64,000 nucleotides of DNA from an uncultured Chloroflexia bacterium (GTDB lineage Bacteria > Chloroflexota > Dehalococcoidia > DSTF01 > JALHUB01), in assembly GCA_963726245.1 (NCBI GenBank), contig CAVSBT010000038.1, positions 51,398-115,397 of the forward strand, read 5' to 3'. A program made the position numbers and the translations under genes. Numbering within the stretch: position 1 is the stretch's first letter; each line of letters opens with the position of its first letter. The notes below the pieces were generated by a model. The model worked only from the letters and a program-made list of their open reading frames with translations, was not told the origin of the DNA and searched no databases. Below, piece by piece: positions 61,051 to 64,000 of this stretch.

Positions 61051-62532
61051 TTAGGGTGGTTCGTAGGGTTGAATCCAGTCGGCTGGAATTGTGACCTCGT
61101 CTACGCCGTTGATGTTGGCTATCCCTTGGACTTGATAAGTGCCATCTTGGTTCGTGTTGACGATAGTGACGCCACGGTACAGGCAGCCGGATAGAGTCAG
61201 CCCGCCGACCTCGAGGTGGCCGGTCGCCACGGTGACCAGGTCGCCGGGGGAGTAGATGTGGGGTGGTCGCGGCGGGTGAGCTACCGTCTGCGCTGGGAGT
61301 GGTGCGGAAGAGACGTAGTCCTCCACTGTGGAGTGCCAGGAGGGAGCGGCCTCCACGTGAGTGAGTTTCAACACTTCGTTGACGACCGTGGTGTCGGGAT
61401 TTACAATGACGACTTCCTGTGGCGGGTGGCTGCGAAATGCTTGGCGCAGGAGATGTCTGGCGTGGAAGTCAGTTGGCGGGAAAGAATAGCCGATTACGAT
61501 CAGTTTCTTGCAGTTCGATAGCGCGGTTTTTGCACGAGTCCACAGCGGCTGGAAGGGTGGCTCGGCGAGAAAGGGATCTTTGTTGAGGATCGGGGTGATC
61601 AATACTGGGTCAATTAGCCAACCGTCGAAATCTGGTGGTTGCCCTAGCCACCAGTGGGCGCGGATCAGGATGATGGCATCGCGTCTGGAATCGGGAAGGG
61701 GAGGTGGGGTGTCGCCGAACAATTCGGGATGAAGTGCAGCCAAGTCTCGGTGTTCGGGAGGAGGGGGACCCAACCAGAGCCTGGGGATGGAAGAAATCTA
61801 AACCAATTGAGTGAGCCGTGTAGCTTGATCAAAGGCGCTTCATAGAGAGCGTTGGATGGGTGCCCATAAAAGCGGTCACCTTTGACGTACTTGGGCAAAC
61901 CCGCCTGCTGCAACTGAATCTCCGAGAAGGTAAAGCCGTAGGCTAAGGGGCGGTTCCAGTTACAGTGGCTATAGACTAGCTCGTCATCAGTTACCTCTCG
62001 ATTGACTGCGTGGGGGTTTGGGAACGTGCGGGGGATATTCGTTCGTACGCCCGAGGCCAGCTCGAGAACCGGCTCGAGAATGCAGTCGTAGTTGAAGGTA
62101 AGGACAGTCGCACGTTGAGCGTGCATGATTCGCCCTAGGTCGCGCATCGTACTGCTACTTGTCGCGTAGATTCCGAATTCGCTGAGGTATTCCGCAAGGA
62201 ATGACTTCAACAGGAAGTCGACTTGTAGTAGTTCGATGAGTCGCTGTTGTTCTTTGGCGCGATAGGCCGTATTCCGCTCGAACTCTAAGGTGGTAAAGAG
62301 TTCCTCCAAATCGAAGGGCTCGGCCCTCAGTTGCTCCGTGGTTGTCTTGAACCATGCTGCCACAAAGTCGTAGACCGGCTGCATTCGCTGTGTGTAATAA
62401 GGATCTGCAAACTTGGTGGATTGTAAGGCAAGTTGAAAGAAGTTCTTGGCTAGCGGTGGTCGCAGCCCCCCAAGCCTGGACCGGCTGGTTGACCCCTGCG
62501 CCGAGGATGTAGACGGTTTCGTCAACGCTCAT
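61051..62532 (-). CDS. SIR2-like (SIR2_2/AbiH-like) protein with C-terminal SH3/Tudor-like domain, frameshifts ~62470 and ~61770
   Basis: ILGAG, PPL, LTFNYD, KLHGSLNW, ITPILNK and IGYSFPPTD across three ORF pieces. Confidence 0.8.
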
Positions 62533-62627
62533 GAGGAGTCTTATCGGTTGAGTTGGGGAGAGCCGATAACTGTGGCACTTTTGGCTAGCTGAGTAGAAGT
62601 GGTCGCACAGCGCTGGGGCCGGGATGT

Positions 62628-62665
62628 TTGGGAAGCAGATGCTCTACCAACTGAGCTATTCCCGC
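62628..62665 (-). pseudogene. Displaced 5' half of tRNA-Gly (through the anticodon loop)
   Basis: Identical to 59863-59900; the 3' half is absent. Confidence 0.9.
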
Positions 62666-62744
62666 AGAGTCCGGGCCAACAGGCCCAACGACAATATAAC
62701 AGCGGCGGCCCCGGACCGTCCACCACTCTAGTCTCGCTGCTGGC

Positions 62745-63922
62745 TCAGCCGCGACCCCAGCACGCCCAGCGCCAGTAGCGCCAGCCCCAGCCCGCTGAAG
62801 GCGAGGCCGTTGCGGATCGGCAACCACGCCGCCCCCTTCGCCAGGTCCAGAAGCTGGACAGTGATGTAGTCGTCCGTTCCCCAGCCAGCGAGACCAAGGG
62901 CGACGCGCACAGCCGCCGCCAGCAGCCGCCCGGATCGGCTCTGAGGTACCCGTTCTGCCTGAACCAATCTATGGCGCTCGTGATGCTCTGGCGAACGGGT
63001 GTCTGGGGCATGCCCAGCTCGTTCACCGCCTTGGATGAGTCCCAGAACGAGTAGTGACTGCCGACGCGCACCCAGGCGGCAGTTGTGATTGGAGGCTTGC
63101 GGGTGATCTCTGCCCCCGCTTGATAGAGATAGCCGAAAAGAACGGCGGCGAACCTGGGTATGCGTAGCGCGGGCGGCTTTACACAGGCGATCTCGGCGAT
63201 GAGGGTGAAGTATTCCTTAACGGAAAGATTAGCATTGCCCAGGACGTACTTCTCTCCGGGCCTTCCCTTCTCCATCGCCCTGAGGTGAGCGATGGCCGTA
63301 TCGGTGACATCCGAAACGTTGATGCCGCCGTCCACGTACCCCAGGAGCTTTCTCCTGATGACGTTGATCATCAGTTGGCCATTGGGTGTTGGGCCGATGT
63401 CGCGTGGGCCACAGGGGTTAGTGGGGTTAACGATGACCACAGGAAGGCCCCTGCGAGAGTAGTCCAAAGCTACCTGCTCGGCGCGGAACTTGGAGAAGTA
63501 GTAGGCGTCCCTGGTGTGGGCGAGGTTGAAGCTTGCGCTTTCGTCGGCCGGCTGCTCCCGTCCGTGGGCACCCAAGGCCGCTACGGAGCTTGTATAGACC
63601 ACCTTCTCAATTCCCCTCGTCAGGCTCGCCTCAAGACGTTTTTCGAGCCCTGGACGTTCACGGCATCCATGATGCTGGGGTTGGGCAGCCAGATGGCGTA
63701 GATGGCGGCGAGATGGAACACCCTGTCGCAACCGTCCAGTGCCCGACCGAGCGAGTGGTATTCCCTCACATCGCCGTAGGCGTACTCTACCTTCAGGTCT
63801 GCCAGGTTCCTCAGGTCATCGGTCTCACGTACCAAGACCTTGACCTCCTGGTTGTCTTCGAGCAACTGACGCACCACCGCCGAACCGATGTAGCCGCTGC
63901 CACCTGTCACTAGGGCTTTCAT
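62745..63922 (-). CDS. NAD-dependent epimerase/dehydratase (dihydroflavonol-reductase/HpnA-like), frameshift ~63635
   Basis: VTGGSGYIG, FHLAA, TSSVA, YYFSK and VNP. The conserved core ends ~62945, so the true 3' end is uncertain. Confidence 0.85.
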
Positions 63923-64000
63923 GTTCACTCTCTTTCCCGATATCGGCCTTAGATTGGGGCACAGCGGCAATAGTTTAAAGCCGGTCCAGGGCCTGGTCAA

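Larger units (their letters stand above)
59863..62722. mobile_element. Integrase-less genomic islet inserted at the tRNA-Gly anticodon loop (5'-half duplication)
   Basis: 59863-59956 is repeated at 62628-62722 (38 nt tRNA 5' half identical, promoter region diverged). Cargo is a wHTH gene and a lower-GC SIR2-like gene. Confidence 0.8.

Noticed and set aside
57852-62665. Trans-spliced split tRNA made from the two fragments
   Set aside because: The fragments (nt 1-38 and the last 25 nt) leave 13 nt uncovered and an intact gene lies between them, so recombination scars explain them better.

Overview
GC-rich bacterial window whose gene content suggests an anaerobic Chloroflexota/Dehalococcoidia-like organism (inference). 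In order it contains: a minus-strand regulatory cluster (c-di-AMP riboswitch, two tiny Cys/His proteins, DUF3870, NarL-type regulator); an internally deleted LPXTG-anchored CocE/NonD hydrolase; SDR/ALDH genes around a tandem array of four Cys-tailed lipoprotein solute-binding proteins plus the ghost of a fifth; a GHKL(MORC-like) ATPase-nuclease/Vsr/Dcm defence module; ilvD, a Lon-like protease, a degenerate GGDEF protein and acs; a Rieske-less cytochrome b three-gene module; MMPL; a pentose-phosphate operon (tkt-rpiB-tal/pgi-gnd-zwf-pgl); acyl-CoA/aldehyde catabolic genes (AbfD, ACAD, Fe-S protein, ALDH-ADH fusion); msrAB; and a recombination hotspot at tRNA-Gly(CCC). There, typA is tandemly duplicated with a breakpoint in the tRNA T-arm. 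A ~2.8 kb islet carrying a SIR2-like gene and a wHTH gene is bounded by a duplicated 5' half of the tRNA plus its promoter. About a dozen genes carry single-base indels, mostly in homopolymers, which are probably long-read errors rather than true pseudogenes. No database searches were run; family calls rest on motifs recognised by eye.
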